DNA of 64,000 nt, from contig JALDTO010000206.1 of NCBI GenBank assembly GCA_023515725.1, positions 201,952-265,951 on the forward strand, in the 5' to 3' direction. Position numbers and translations under genes: made by a program. This stretch comes from Amoeboaphelidium protococcarum X5. Lineage: Eukaryota > Fungi > Aphelidiomycota. Below, in pieces: positions 14,817-30,769 of the stretch (the stretch's first letter is position 1; every line of letters starts with the position of its first letter). Below the pieces are notes generated by a model. It did not search any database and was not told the origin of the DNA. It worked only from the letters and a program-made list of their open reading frames with translations.

Positions 14817-15905
14817 TCAATACCAATTCGCAGGACCGCCAGCTGTGACATTGGAGTGTTCGCTAGCCTACCTGTTTGGGATGAAGCTCTCGGTAATGTT
14901 GAATTCCTAAATCTTTTTCTACCACTGCGCGTAATCAATTGTCACAAAGTGCTAAATCTTGTTAGCCTCCTTGTTGTGAACGTCCAATTCTGCATCTGAT
15001 TTTCGAGCTTTAGTTCTACATTGAGGCACGCCAAAATCATCCAACTCTACCGCCAGCATATCGTCTTTGGCAAGGAACGCGCAATAAAACAGATTCTCCA
15101 CAGACTGACTAAAGCTATGAGGATTGATAACAAGCTCCCAGAAGTTCATAGGCTCATTCATCTTCAGCAGACCGTAGATGTTCATGATATTCGCGGTGGC
15201 TTCAGTCTGGTTGCCAGTCTCCGTCCCATCGCGGTGCACTTCGGCCGCCACCTTCTTCTCGCCCAAATCTCGTTTCACACGCGCCTTCTGAACGCGAACT
15301 TTCTTCGTCAACGACATGGTGCCGAGCAGAAACGACGCGCGTGGAGCAGTGTGCATGAGCTTGTTGGCCGTTCTGCCCAGTTTGGCAAAGTCGACATCTT
15401 GCTCCTCCTCAATCATGAAAGCAGCGAGACGGCTGATGAAATCTTGAACGTCAAATTACTGAAACGCCTTCTTCATTGCCTTACTTCTCTTAATTCCAAG
15501 CTCTGCACTGGCCGCCAGCAATTTACTGTCTAGTGTAGCCTCATTCGGATTTCTCACCTAGTTATACAAATTATCTGCAGCATCTAAATTCTTCAAGATG
15601 TTTCTGGCATTCATGTGATCTTCATCATCCACTTACTCAATAAGATTCCGGTACCCAACTCTAATATTACGTCTCTCAGTATCGTCTTACTCTGGATCAT
15701 AGCGATCTTCATCTTCATCCGCTTCATCAATGTCCATTTGGTCTTGCTACTCTTACGTCTATTTCTGCACTTGAGGCTCAGGCACGTATTCGTCTTGCTA
15801 CTCCATGTCATCATTGTCATCCTGTTCTTTCACAACATGTCTTCGAGAGGATCTCCTTGTAATAGGCTGAGACATTTTCGGCCCTTTAAGCGATGATGTG
15901 GTCAT
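14817..15905 (-). CDS. NSE4: Smc5/6 complex kleisin Nse4 (362 aa)
   Basis: YDPEQDDTERRNIRVGYRNL and NFWELVINPHSFSQSVENLFYCAFLAKD are Nse4/EID signatures. Confidence 0.88.
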
Positions 15906-15984
15906 AATGCAGTACTATAAGTGCTACACTAGATGAGCGGTTGAATTAATACCGCTACTGTAACGAACGAAAAGAAGAAAGCTT

Positions 15985-16040
15985 CCACGCGCGTTATTTC
16001 AGAAAGTTTCGCGCGGCAGCGTTTGACGCGTCGTTTCGAA
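15985..16040. promoter_or_regulatory. Cluster of MCB-like (ACGCG/ACGCGT) and E2F-like (TTTCGCGC) motifs upstream of NSE4
   Basis: cacgcgcgtt...gtttcgcgcggc...gacgcgtc within ~55 bp, 80-135 bp upstream of the ATG. Confidence 0.4.
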
Positions 16041-16225
16041 CCGTCTCGTTTCAAGTCACTTCAGATCATGGCGGCTCTTGCTTGGTGGGACTATATCTAT
16101 TCACACTACTCACACTATACTTATCATTAAAGCAAAGGAGTATGTTTATGTATAGAGGGTATAAGTCATTATCTTTTAGGAAACGAGTGGTTAAATAATA
16201 ATCAAGCCATAATAATGCAGATCGA

Positions 16226-16729
16226 ATGTATTTGGACTATACTAATGTGCAGCAGTTGGGTGAAATAATCCAGTAATTAAAATGTCTAAACACCGAGTTC
16301 CGGGGTTGGTCAAATAATTAGGCCAAGTCTACCGAGTCAGAGGTGATACTTGCCGCCTGCAATAAGCTGATAGATGATGGAGAAGTTATAAAGCATGTGG
16401 CATATCGATAAGTGATCCCACGGTAATTCGGCGGTGGTGTTGCCTGTGAGTTGGATGGCCTGATAGTTCTGGAGAAGGGATTCGTTGTGGTGGAAGCCAA
16501 ATCTCATGTAACACTCAACTCAATCAAGTAGCTAGAGAATTCTTGTGCTCATGTAGACCACCTCTATGGAGGTCCTGTTCGAGGAATGCTTGGAGGTCCT
16601 TTGTTCGCTGATAACGTCCAGCAGAGTGCTCTCAAACGAAACATTCACGTTATACTGCTCTCTGGGGGAAGATATAAAACAGTTCATGTTTCAAGAGATG
16701 GCAAAAAGGCTCAAGGTGGTGGGAAATGA
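16226..16729 (+). CDS. Small PD-(D/E)xK restriction-endonuclease-fold protein (~167 aa; true 5' end uncertain)
   Basis: ...KSTESEV...CELDGLIVLEKGFVVVEAKSHVTLNSIKQL...VRGMLGGPLF fits the E..D..ExK catalytic pattern. Confidence 0.6.
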
Positions 16730-16815
16730 ATAATAAATCATATATTACTGTCAAGTACAGTCAAGTTCATATTTTAACATTTCAACACTACTCTTTTGTC
16801 CTCTCAAGATTGAAA

Positions 16816-17691
16816 ATGTTAAAACTTTTAATCTAGTCCTCAAGCTTGGTTCTGATTGCCTTCAGTTGTATATACGCCTACTCTCTGTTGGTGCCTTTGC
16901 TTCTAAACAATTAGAGCATAAAGTTCTTTCCATTAAATAATTTGGATGATGTCAAATAGCTGTTGCGTTCACTCCAGTAATCGTCTGCTGATGATCGACA
17001 TGTCGGCTTGTTTGTAGCGTACTGTGTGGGCTACCTGATTAAACAGACATTCGCTAGTAATATTTTATGTTGATTGTACATTCTGCATGATTTAATCTCA
17101 TTTTGTACTGTTTGTAATGTGTAGTTCCTGGTAGTGGTCTACTTAATCTATTGGCTGGAGCTCTTTTTGGCCATCTGAATGCTTGGTTTCTCGTAAATAC
17201 ACTGACCGCTGTTGGATCAACGTTATCCTATATGTTATCATGGCTCTTTCTATCTGAAATCATCGAGCGTATATCATTTCTGAAGAGGCAAGTGTCCAAA
17301 TTTAAAAGTCAAGTTGAGACTGCCCGTAAAAATAATGATTTGCTTACGTACATGCTGTTCATCAGAATGTTTCCATTCACACCAAACTGGCTGGTCAATA
17401 TTGCCTCTCCTCACGTTGACGTTCCCGTGTGGCCTTTCTTCATTTCGATGCTTATTGGCACGTCGCCATACTCATTTGTAAGATGTATGTTAGTGTTCGC
17501 TGTATATTAAATGTAATAATTGTGTGTAGATTACGACGGGGAGCGGTAAAATGTTGAATGAGATTGAATCTCTGAATGACATTTTCTAACCGAAACATTT
17601 GGTCACCATAGCTCTGATGGCTTTAGTCATTATGATTCTACCAATATTGAAGAAACGCGTCCAGTCGAGCGTAGATGCAAAGTCGGATTGA
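16816..17691 (+). CDS. TMEM41: TMEM41/Tvp38 (VTT/DedA) family membrane protein; 2 introns
   Basis: YLIKQTFAIPGSGLLNLLAGALFG, FIRMFPFTPNWLVNIASP. Confidence 0.88.
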
Positions 17692-17805
17692 ATTTAGTGT
17701 GTGAATTTGGACTAATAGATGTTCATGCAGATTGCTATCTAATTTACTTTGAGTTGATCTTTAAATTTCGCCACTCGAAACATTCTAAATCAATCAAAAT
17801 CAACA

Positions 17806-20323
<2,518 letters not shown>

Positions 20324-20766
20324 TTTTAGTTATATTTACTTCATGAAAGACAGGTTGGTTCATAAACTTTGGTATAGAGTATGTAGAAGTCTTTTTGGAA
20401 TGTCACGTTGGATCATTTTGCCATAGTAAGTTAGTGATTATGTGGGCCCTTCAACAGCTGCATCGTTCCTGTAAGTATCAATAAATTAACATTTTAATCA
20501 TCTCATAAGCAGAAGATGTTATTCAATGACTTCTCTATAATTACTTGCATTGCATTAAATTTCAAGTAAATAGATTACGAGATTTAACTTTAAATCGCTT
20601 TCAAAACAGTATTGGTTGCAATGTAAGTAATCCTTTAAGCTGAAGACGTATAAATTCAAAGTTAAAGTATCATGAAAAACTATCTTTTATACTCTTAAAC
20701 TCTATCCCATTCTTCCATAGTGTCCATAACAGCTGGTAATCCCCAACCAACCTAGTACGTTGAATA

Positions 20767-22509
20767 TCAAAACTTCGATCTAAGTCGCTACCAAGATGGT
20801 CTTAACCCTTGACTAAATCGGTTTTAAGCAGGCTCTTCACGTAAACTTTCTCCAATATCTGTCTATGACATTTCCGGGGAAGCGTCATCTACAGCCTCTG
20901 GAATCCCATTGGGCAACGCTAGAATCTCTGATTGCAAAAACCAGGCGTGATTAACATCGCCAACAAGCAATACTGATTATTTGACAACAGGAGTCCCAAC
21001 ATTAGCATATGGTACGTATGATAATGCCAGGAGCTCAAAATGATTTGGGATATCCAGCTCTTAAATCATTTCAGATAAATTTAATTCCATCAATTATTAC
21101 CAGAGGCCTTCCTTTTCAATAATCAGCTCGACACGTTTAAACGGGCCCAACAGAATTGATTTAAGCAGATCTATCAACTATTTAACTCGCAACTAGTTTA
21201 CCATAACTAATATTTTGAAGTCTTGACATAAATTCGGATGTATTTAGTGTTCTTCGAGCATAGTTGGAACACGAGCTAATGCAGAAGCGAACATAGTAAT
21301 GTCCTACGACGACCATAGAATACTCAATGGAGACACGAACGAGAGCGGCTGTAACTTACCCAATGCTACCAACCAAATATAAGAGGGAACGAGATAAGTA
21401 TTGCTAATCAGTTCGCCAGGTAAATACTGGACATTGATAGTTGGCTTGACGGATGATGCAGCTTCGAGCAGATTAATAGCGTGAGGCAAATGCAGACTCA
21501 TTCCATTTTTGCCAACGTTGAACCCAACTAAGTATGTTATCTAACCATCATAAGCTTCTTGTTCAAATAAATTAAAAATCTACCCCATCTTTCTAGAAAA
21601 AAGCGCGTATTACTGTTAGGTTAGACTTTAAATACCAAATATAAGTTCAATCTGACGGATAGATTTCACGAGGTCCAGTTAGGAGCATTAAATGTCGCTA
21701 CTCTGCAAAATCTGATGCATGGCAAACTCAGAAGCGGTGAGATATAATTCAAAGCCAACCTCTATCATGTTCTACAATTGACGATTATCGATAGCAGACT
21801 GAAGACGCTATATCATATCTTGAGACTGATCATCAACCTTGATGAGCAAGTTAACGTCATCACTATTCTCAATTCTCACTGCATCAAGCATAAAATATTG
21901 TTAAACCACTATAGTAGTCTTCCATCCAGCAACTGAAAACTCCCGCGGATCACGTAATGCCAAACTCTCCAGTGAACCAACGATTCTTAACTCGAATTCA
22001 GCCAACTCAGCTTCAGGGAGCACTTTTTACAGAATCTTCAACTATTCCAGCAAATTAGCATCTACCTAATCATTGACTCTAATGACATATCGTAAACGGT
22101 TGTGTTAGATCCAATCCAAAATCAGTCGATTCAATACGTGAAATTCAGTATGAGCACGTTACGCATTAATCATCAACTTTAATGCCTTGTACTTGAATGA
22201 CGAAACTCTACACCACTTTATGATATTGTTCAATTTGGGAATCAGACCACCGCTAGATGCCATCCGGTATTATGAGTATTAATTGCAATATGCCATACTG
22301 CGTTGAAAATAATGCATCACATCCTCAGTGGGTCTCCATTCAGGCTACTGGTCATGGTGATCTAGCAAAGAGTAGATCCGATTGCCGACATCTGTGGGAA
22401 TCCTTGGTATTAAAACCGGTCCCTCCTCAGTATCAGCGCCATTGCAGATAAACGAGAGCGCAATAATCTATATCAGTATAGCCAGAATCAAGGTCATAAT
22501 CAAGGTCAT
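20767..22509 (-). CDS. Orphan putatively secreted protein, family copy A (580 aa)
   Basis: 1743-nt intronless table-6 ORF with a hydrophobic leader MTLIMTLILAILIQIIALSFICNG; homologous over its length to 37997-39724. Confidence 0.8.
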
Positions 22510-22808
22510 ATTCAGCTCTCAAGCAATAAATTTTCTATTATTACTAGATATGAGCATAAGTTGAGCAAAAGGTCTGAGCTTGAATTATTGAAGTGAGATT
22601 AGTTTTTTACCCCTATATCACTTGTAACACGTTAGATAAAGTCATGTGCACCGCGGAAAACAATCCTCATGTCCCACTTCCAAACTCCGCCTGAATTTCC
22701 GTTGGGTCGCGCAATTGGCTATAATAATCGCAGCGTGTAACAAGAAGAACTAGAATATGAAGTGTCTGAAGATTCCGAACATTAATCTAAATGTACATTG
22801 CGGTACTT

Positions 22809-23797
22809 TCATTTATTGCTCCCCTTATTTTTAGACGATAGATTCTCAGGGCGGAGCAACTACTTGACCATCATGTTCATCGTGTCTAGCTCCTCCTACA
22901 ATGGGGTTCCATGGGCTTTCCATCTAATGTTGCCATATTGGTCAAGAAGGAACACCCAACCAATAAGAGAATTCTTGATATCAAGTTAAAGTCGTTCCTT
23001 AGTCAGAGGCCCATAATGCTGCAAGTAAGAGACGTGATCTTTTACGTCAACAGCGGCGCGCAACTATCTTGTGAAAAGCCTCCCGAACATTGACATGTAC
23101 GGACTCTCATAGACAACCACGTCAACAACGCCCACCATTTTCTCATCAGTGGTACCATTTGTAAACTATTACTTGAAAGCATCCCTCCACATTTAAAGCT
23201 GAGACTACACAGAGTTGTTTAGATATTGCGTTACTATGTTACAATATAAAACACTAACCTCTCCTGATTATCGCATTTTAATCAATACCAGACTAGCTTT
23301 GGCATCCTGCTATTTTATAATTTTAAAGAGCGAAGTTTTATTCTAATTCAAATCATGTCCAGTAATCTCCGGCATCTTCTGAGCCTTCTACACCAATTCA
23401 AGAAGTATGAGCTTCTAATTTTAAACGTATGATAAAATATAGTTCTTACCGAGAGAGTGGTCAACTATGACGCGCCAAAATAGTACTTGCCTTGATTTTA
23501 CGCAAATTCTACATACACACAATTTAAAGCAACGTCACATATATAAATCAGCCTTGGAGTTATTTAACCTGCTTACCAGTAATCTCGCGTTTAAAAGACC
23601 CAGCATTCAGAGCATTGACTTTTCTACATTGACAGAAGGTGAATATAGGAACGATTAAGCAATCATGAAAATATCACTTACAATCGCTCCTGCTAATCTT
23701 TCAAGCTAAGACGCTTCCTCCAAGGCAGAAAATCCCACAACCACGCTGCATACGGAATATGACGCGATATATCCACTCTGCGCTTCATATTCTGCAT
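22809..23797 (-). CDS. ATP10: Mitochondrial ATP synthase assembly factor Atp10; 4 introns
   Basis: Spliced product contains QGKYYFGASQLTTLSKAQKMPEITG and C-terminal KNSLIGWVFLLDQYGNIRWKAHGTPLQEEL. Confidence 0.75.
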
Positions 23798-24333
23798 ATT
23801 GCTATCTCCTTTAATTTGAAAAGGGACTGGTATCACTCACTACAAGTAAGTAATTGGAATTTCTTCTCCTCGAAAGATTTCAATCGACGTTGTGAATAAA
23901 CGGTCGTTGCTTTGGCTAATCGTCGCGCGGTTTTAGCTCTCAAAATCAGTCCAGTCTCTTGATCTTCCATTGAAAGTTCTAGCTTTAACGCCTAAAGGGA
24001 GAATGAATGACAGTAATGAAAACATAAGATGAAAGAGAATAATAAACATAAATTGCAGGTAATCAAACGGATCTAAATGCAGCTTAGACATGGATAGAGC
24101 GGAGCTTATTAAAAAAGTACTGAGTAAATAACTGATACAATGAAAATGCTTGTAGATGGCTCCCGGGAAGACCTGTCCTATTAAGAAGATAACTAATGAC
24201 AGTGCATGTATTAATAACGGAAATCATATATAACATAAAGACTCAGTGCTGGTGCGCATAAATATAAAATGAAAAAATGAAATGGTGTAAATAGCAACAA
24301 TCTACTGCACTTATTAACTTCATCCTTCACTTC

Positions 24334-24790
24334 TCAGCTGGTTGCCTGCTTCAGGTAAGCAATCAGATCAGCACGCTCTTCAGGCTTCTTCAAACCAGCA
24401 AAGGCCATCTTGGTGCCAGGGATGTACTTCTTTGGATTCTCCAGGTACTCAAACAGAGTATCCTCACTCCAAGTAATACCCTTGTTGACATTGGCTGCGG
24501 TGTAGGAGTATCCCTCAGCCTGACCAGTCTTACGGCCAAACAATCCGTGCAAATTAGGACCTACATAATGAAATGTAATATAAAGATGAGGTGAGTTGTA
24601 AAAATGACGTCAGATGGATTGGATCATACCCAGCTTGTGCGGTTGTCCCTACATGGTAATAAATGCATTAGATATCAGCCATGAAAATGATGAAAATACA
24701 TATTCTTACCGCTTCCAAAGTGTGACACTGAGCACAACGAGTCTAAAACAGCTTTGCTCCCTTCTTTGTATTTCCTTGTGGAATGCCCAT
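24334..24790 (-). CDS. CYC1: Cytochrome c; 2 introns flanking a 19-nt micro-exon (~24630-24648)
   Basis: CAQCH heme motif, [27 protein letters not shown]. Confidence 0.97.
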
Positions 24791-25046
24791 CTTGTAATAA
24801 CTAAATCTCAAATTAAATCAATCAATCAGTCAAGCGAGTAATAAAATCGAAAAATCGCAACAAAGAAACTTTCGGATCGTTCGATTTTCACACCCGAGCC
24901 GCACTCGTTCATCAAGCGATCGCGCTGTTTGGGTTGGTTTAGACGCGCATGGAAACAGCAGATTGGCACTGATCAAGAAGGAAAAGCTTTAACGGGACAC
25001 ATCATCATCTACTGTATATTATAGTATCAATGTAGTACGTTAAATT

Positions 25047-27002
25047 TCAAAGGCTTACCAACTTGATAAAAGCGTCATGTGGAATTTATACTTTTCCGAT
25101 TTATCGCATCTTCTTCTTGCCTTCTTTCTATTTGTCAAGCAACTTACGCTTTCGAGTCTGGTCTCCGCCGTAAAGCTTGGCAGTCACGTCTTTTCGGTAG
25201 GCACTGATGGTCTCTCGCGCCAAACTCTTACCATTCATAAGAGCTTAGATCTTGACTTCAAATAGATCCCGTGGAATGATTTCTTTCAGCTTGGCACATA
25301 TTCTCCTGCCTTTCGATTCTGCTGCAGATCTGTGACAAACGGCAGAAAATGCATCCACCACCTCATTGTTGAGTGCAATCTCAATTTTAACCAGATCGGA
25401 TTCTTTATACTGCGATTCCACGTAATCAAAACTCGCATATCCACTCGTGATAGATTTGAGAGTGGCAAAGAAATGAGATTCGCTCACTTCAGCCAGTGGA
25501 AGTTCATACTTTAATAACAGTCTGTCATTACCAATGTAACTCATATCGATCTGAACACCCCGTCTCTCTTCACACAGTTTGATTACTTCGCCAACGTACT
25601 GGTCCGGGAATATCATGGTGGATTCAATCATTGGTTCTTGAAAGCATTATGTATCAGTATTAAATGTTGGAAACTCGACAGGATTTTCCACCATCACGGT
25701 CTTACCAGCCAATTCTCGTTTCTTACCGCTAAGGTTGGATTTATATACAACTTTGTAAGGGACTGATGGAGCACAGACCAAAACATCTAATCCATGTTCA
25801 TCTTATATTCTTTATCTCACCACATCCATGTGTAATAAACCTTCAAATCCAAGTCTAAATCCCAGTCCTAACATGGCGCTTTTAGTTTTGCTGACGTGTC
25901 CATTCAGAGACGAGTCTGTGAGCATCAATTTATTCAGAGCATATTAAAGTTGATCAAATTCAGATACTGAGCTTGGGAACAATGATGCAAAGATTTTCGG
26001 AACAGACTTGCCAAGATTAACTTTCGTATCCACATTTATAATTGGTGCAGATGTTCCACTAGCTTGATAAAGAGTGTCCCCAATGATGATATCATTCAGT
26101 GATTTGACATTAGATAAGACGAGATATCCAATCATACCAGGCCTAAGGAAAGGTATTGATTAACGTTCCGGATGCATGATACCACAATCGGTAACTGTAT
26201 AAGAGTTTTGCGCGTCACCCAATTTGGAGTAAGACGTTATAGTATCACCTCTCCTTATTTCACCTTTCTGAACCACCACTAATATAATGGGTCCTTCGTA
26301 TACATCATGCCAGCTATCAAACAAAAGACTTTGCATCTTCAGGCTACTATCCCCAATTGATGACACAGCAGGGCTTCTCACTCTTCCCACTACGGCTTTG
26401 ATCAATTCTTATATACCATGACCAGACTTTGCGCTAATCTGTATCAAATCTCTAGGTTCAATACCAAGAATCTCCTGCAATTCATCAGTAACCCTCTGTA
26501 CATTAGAGTGCGGCAGATCAATCTTATTAAGAACGGGAATAACATCGAGTCCAAACTTCAACTTCGCCAGGTTATAATTAGCCAGAGTCTGTGCCTGTAT
26601 GCCTTGTGACGCGTCAACAAGCAACAGAGCACCATCGCTAGCAGTCAGAGATCGTTCAACTTCATGTGAGAAATCATTATGACCGGGAGAATCCACCATA
26701 TTGAGAAGATAGTGTTTAGAGTCATCGGGACATTTATATATCATAGATGCAGTCTATGCCTTCACGGTGATTCCGCGCTCCTTCTCCACTTTAAGCTTAT
26801 CCATATAAAGGCCATCACTAAATCTAATTGTACCAGTGTGTTCTAATAATCTCTGCGCGCAGGTAGACTTGCCATGATCTATATGAGCAATGATGGTAAA
26901 ATTCCGTATCCTCTCAGCAGGTATATCGCGCAATCGAGATGCCACATCGCTCTACCATCGTCTTCCATGTATTACTTGCTTAAATCTCCCACGCAATATC
27001 AT
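25047..27002 (-). CDS. GUF1: Mitochondrial translation factor Guf1/LepA (651 aa)
   Basis: [24 protein letters not shown](TAG=Q)[31 protein letters not shown]. Confidence 0.93.
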
Positions 27003-27232
27003 TACAAACTGAATATGTAAAAATTAATATCACTTCAATCCGATGATAGCTTTGACGTACTGTACTTTGTTCAAGATCGCTTGGTGTAAAGGCGAGTCAC
27101 TCTCTTTGATCTTTCAGTCAATTTTTCAATTGTTCGCACAAAGTCGCTTGCTTCAACAGCATTATACTGTACACTCCCAGCTTGTAACAACAATTAAAGA
27201 GAATCAGCTTCTATAATTTCAATAGGCAAGTT

Positions 27233-29416
27233 ATGAGCAGACTCCCAATTATTAAGCATGTAAGATGGTAGTCGAACAAGGTCAAGTTGGACGAAAAATG
27301 GTCTTAGCTGGTGAACAAAGAGCTGAAGGGAAAGAAGAAGGCTGAGGACTTGGTGTGGGAAACTATTGAAGGTATCTCTGTAAAACCGCTGTATACCGCT
27401 GATGATACTCGAGATGTCAAGCCTGAGGTGAGCGGAGAGTTTCCGTACACAAGAGGACCTTATGCATCCATGTACACGTTCAGACCGTGGACCATCCGTT
27501 AATATGCCGGCTTCAGCACCGTGGAAGAGTCCAACAAGTTTTATAAGAAGAATCTGGCGGCCGGTCAGCAGGGATTGAGTGTTGCCTTTGACTTGGCCAC
27601 ACATCGTGGCTATGACTCGGACAATCCTCGCGTGGAGGGTGATGTTGGTATGGCTGGTGTGGCTATTGACTCTGTGGAGGACATGAAGATTTTGTTTGAT
27701 GGTGTCCCGCTTGATAAGATCTCCACCAGTATGACGATGAATGGCGCCGTACTCCCTATCCTGGCAATGTTCATTGTAGCAGCTGAAGAATCGGGTGTGG
27801 ATAAGAAACTACTGGCTGGCACTATATAGAACGATATTCTGAAAGAATTCATGGTGCGTAATACCTACATTTATCCACCGAAAGAGAGTATGAAGATTAT
27901 CGCAGATATCTTTGAGTACACGGCCAAGTACATGCCCAAGTTTAATAGTATATCTATTAGTGGATATCATATACAGGAGGCTGGTGCGGATAATGTTCTT
28001 GAATTGGCTTTCACACTCGCCGATGGACTCGAATATGTGCGTACTGGTATTAATGCTGGTTTAACAGTGGATCAGTTTGCACCTAGACTATCATTCTTTT
28101 TTGGTATTGGAATGAATTTCTATATGGAGATTGCAAAGCTTCGTGCTGCCAGGAGATTATGGGCGCAGTTGCTTAAGGAGAAGTTCAATCCATAAAATAG
28201 AAAATCTCTGCTCCTCAGAACTCACTGTCAAACATCTGGATGGTCACTGACTGAGCAAGATCCATATAATAATATCATCAGAACAACTGTTGAGGCTATG
28301 AGTGCTGTCCTTGGTGGTACTCAATCTCTTCATACCAATTCATTTGATGAGGCTGTGGGATTGCCAACCGAATTTAGTGCCAGAATTGCGAGAAATACCC
28401 AACTGATCTTATAGATGGAAGCAATGATACCCAAGGTTGCTGATCCTTTCGGCGGCTCTTATATGATGGAGTCTCTGACTGATGAACTGTGTACTAAGGC
28501 TCTGGATATTATTAAAGAGGTCGAAGAGTTGGGCGGTATGGCAAAGGCGGTGTAGAGTGGAATGCCAAAGCTGAGGATTGAAGAAGCTGCTGCCAAACGA
28601 TAAGCAAGGATTGATAGTGGAAAGGAGGCGATCATTGGAGTGAATAAATACAAGCTGGAACATGAGACTCCGATAGATGTACTAGCCATTGATAATACAT
28701 CAGTGAGGAATAGTTAAATCAATAGACTCAAGAAGATGCGCGCTGAACGTGACACCTCAAAAGCGGAAGATGTTCTTAACCAGCTGACAGAGTGTGCCAA
28801 GTCTGACCAGGGAAATCTGATGGAGTTATCTGTGGAAGCTGCCAGGAGACGCTGCTCGGTAGGAGAGATATCTGATGCTCTTGAGAAAGTTTGGGGCAGA
28901 TATCAGCCAACTATTCGTGTGATCAGCGGTGCTTACAAGTCTGAATTCGGTGCAGATCAGGAGATTGAGTAGACTCTGAAAATGGTTGAGGACTTTGAGC
29001 AGAAGGAGGGCCGCAGACCGAGAATCCTGGTGGCCAAGATGGGACAGGATGGTCACGATCGTGGTGCAAAAGTTATTGCTACTGGATTCAGTGATCTGGG
29101 ATTCGATGTTGATATTGGACCTCTATTCCAGACACCGGCCGAAGTTGCCAGACAGGTTGTAGATGCGGATGTTCATGTGGTGGGTATAAGTTCTCAAGCT
29201 GCCGGCCACAAGACTTTGGTACCTGCTCTGATTGCAGAATTGAAGAAATTGGGTGTCGATGATAAACTCGTGGTTGTCGGAGGTGTAATACCATATTAAG
29301 ATTATGAATTCCTGAAGAAGGCTGGTGTATCTGCCATCTTTGGACCCGGCACTAGAATTCCAATCGCTGCACAATAAATAATCAAACAGCTTGAGGGGAA
29401 AGTATAGCAGAAATGA
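27233..29416 (+). CDS. MMUT: Adenosylcobalamin-dependent methylmalonyl-CoA mutase, mitochondrial (727 aa)
   Basis: RPWTIR(TAA=Q)YAGF, GTI(TAG=Q)[18 protein letters not shown]12-binding GQDGHDRG. Confidence 0.97.
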
Positions 29417-29471
29417 ACACTATTATTGAATACTTAATCTGTTATACTGTAATTCAATTTGTCGTATTTGA

Positions 29472-30572
29472 TCATTTATTTTACAATTTCCATAATTTAA
29501 TCGATCCATCATCAGAGCAAGTTGAGAAGATCGGATCTTTCGGGTGCCACTTGACGCAATTTATATCACTCGAGTGAGCATTTGGGATTGATGAAAAAAG
29601 TTCTAGATTTCCTTAATCAGCCGCAATTTTATACAAGTTAATAGCATCATCACCACCTACTGATACAACATAATCGCCTTTCCACGCCACATCAAACACT
29701 GGTTGTGAGTGGGCATCGTTGAGTACTTGCAATACAGACCATTCATCAGTCCCCGCATCCCAAGACCATAAGATTATACTTCCATCAGCCGAACATGTTA
29801 CCATCCTAGATCCATCTGCATTGAAATCAATAGACCATACAGTTCCGGTATGTACGGTCAGAATCTAATGACAATACCAATCATCACCTCCTGACGCGTC
29901 CTCTTTCCAAACTCGGATAGTGTCGTCATACGATGCACTAAATAAAATCTCCCTTGATGGATGCCATTTGACGCGCTTAACGTCCCCGGTATGCTCCTGC
30001 AATATGGCGATACATTCATAATCAGTCTCAATGGCACGACCACTGTGATCATCATCATCTTCATCCACCCGATACTCCCATATCCATACACTCTTATCGC
30101 GTGAGCAGGTGGCCAGTAGAGGAGCCACGGGACAGAAGTCGATACTCTTCACTTCATTCTCATGACCTTCCAGGGATGCTTCATACTCAAAAGAGAATTT
30201 ACTAGTATCATAATTATTATCTTGATAATCCGCACCAGAGTCCTTCTTGATCCAGACACCGACAGAGGAATCAAATGAAGCACTCACTAGAGTATTACCA
30301 GACGGAGAAAATTCGACAGCTCTTACAGTTCGCTTATGACCATTCTAGAGCCTGTCTATTTAGGTGAGCGGCTATTGCACAATCACTTATTATTGACTAT
30401 CATCAGTGTCATCAATGCCATGGAATCTGTACAAATTAATCGCCTTGTCTGATGATGAAGACAGCAAATATTATCCATCGCGACTCCAAGATAAGGACCA
30501 CGCTGTATCCTCATGAGCATTATCTATGGTTTACACGCACGCAAGTCTGACTGTCGATGATGTCTTGGTCAT
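29472..30572 (-). CDS. CIA1: Cytosolic Fe-S assembly WD40 protein Cia1 (366 aa)
   Basis: GHKRTVRAV, LEGHENEVKS, LATCSRDKSVWIWE, LQEHTGDVKRVKWHP, SASYDDTIRVW. Confidence 0.95.
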
Positions 30573-30769
30573 TTCTGTGATATTTTCTTATGAATTTTTT
30601 ACTTTTGATGAAATTCTCCTTGAAGCGATAAAGAATGACTGACTTACTGATCACTGAAGGTCGCGCGCGTCTCTTCCCTAGACAAGTCGCGTTTATTCTA
30701 CTTTAATCATCCCATCAATCAATTTGAATAAAGAATATTTGAGTGACTTTTAAAGTAGCTTAATACAAA

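Noticed and set aside
15021-15896. Plus-strand ORFs of 170 and 93 aa
   Set aside because: Antisense shadows of NSE4.
23837-24049. 70-codon minus-strand ORF with a hydrophobic start, in frame with ATP10 exon 1 across a single TGA
   Set aside because: ORFs this short arise often by chance with only one stop codon. There is no homology and no evidence of readthrough.
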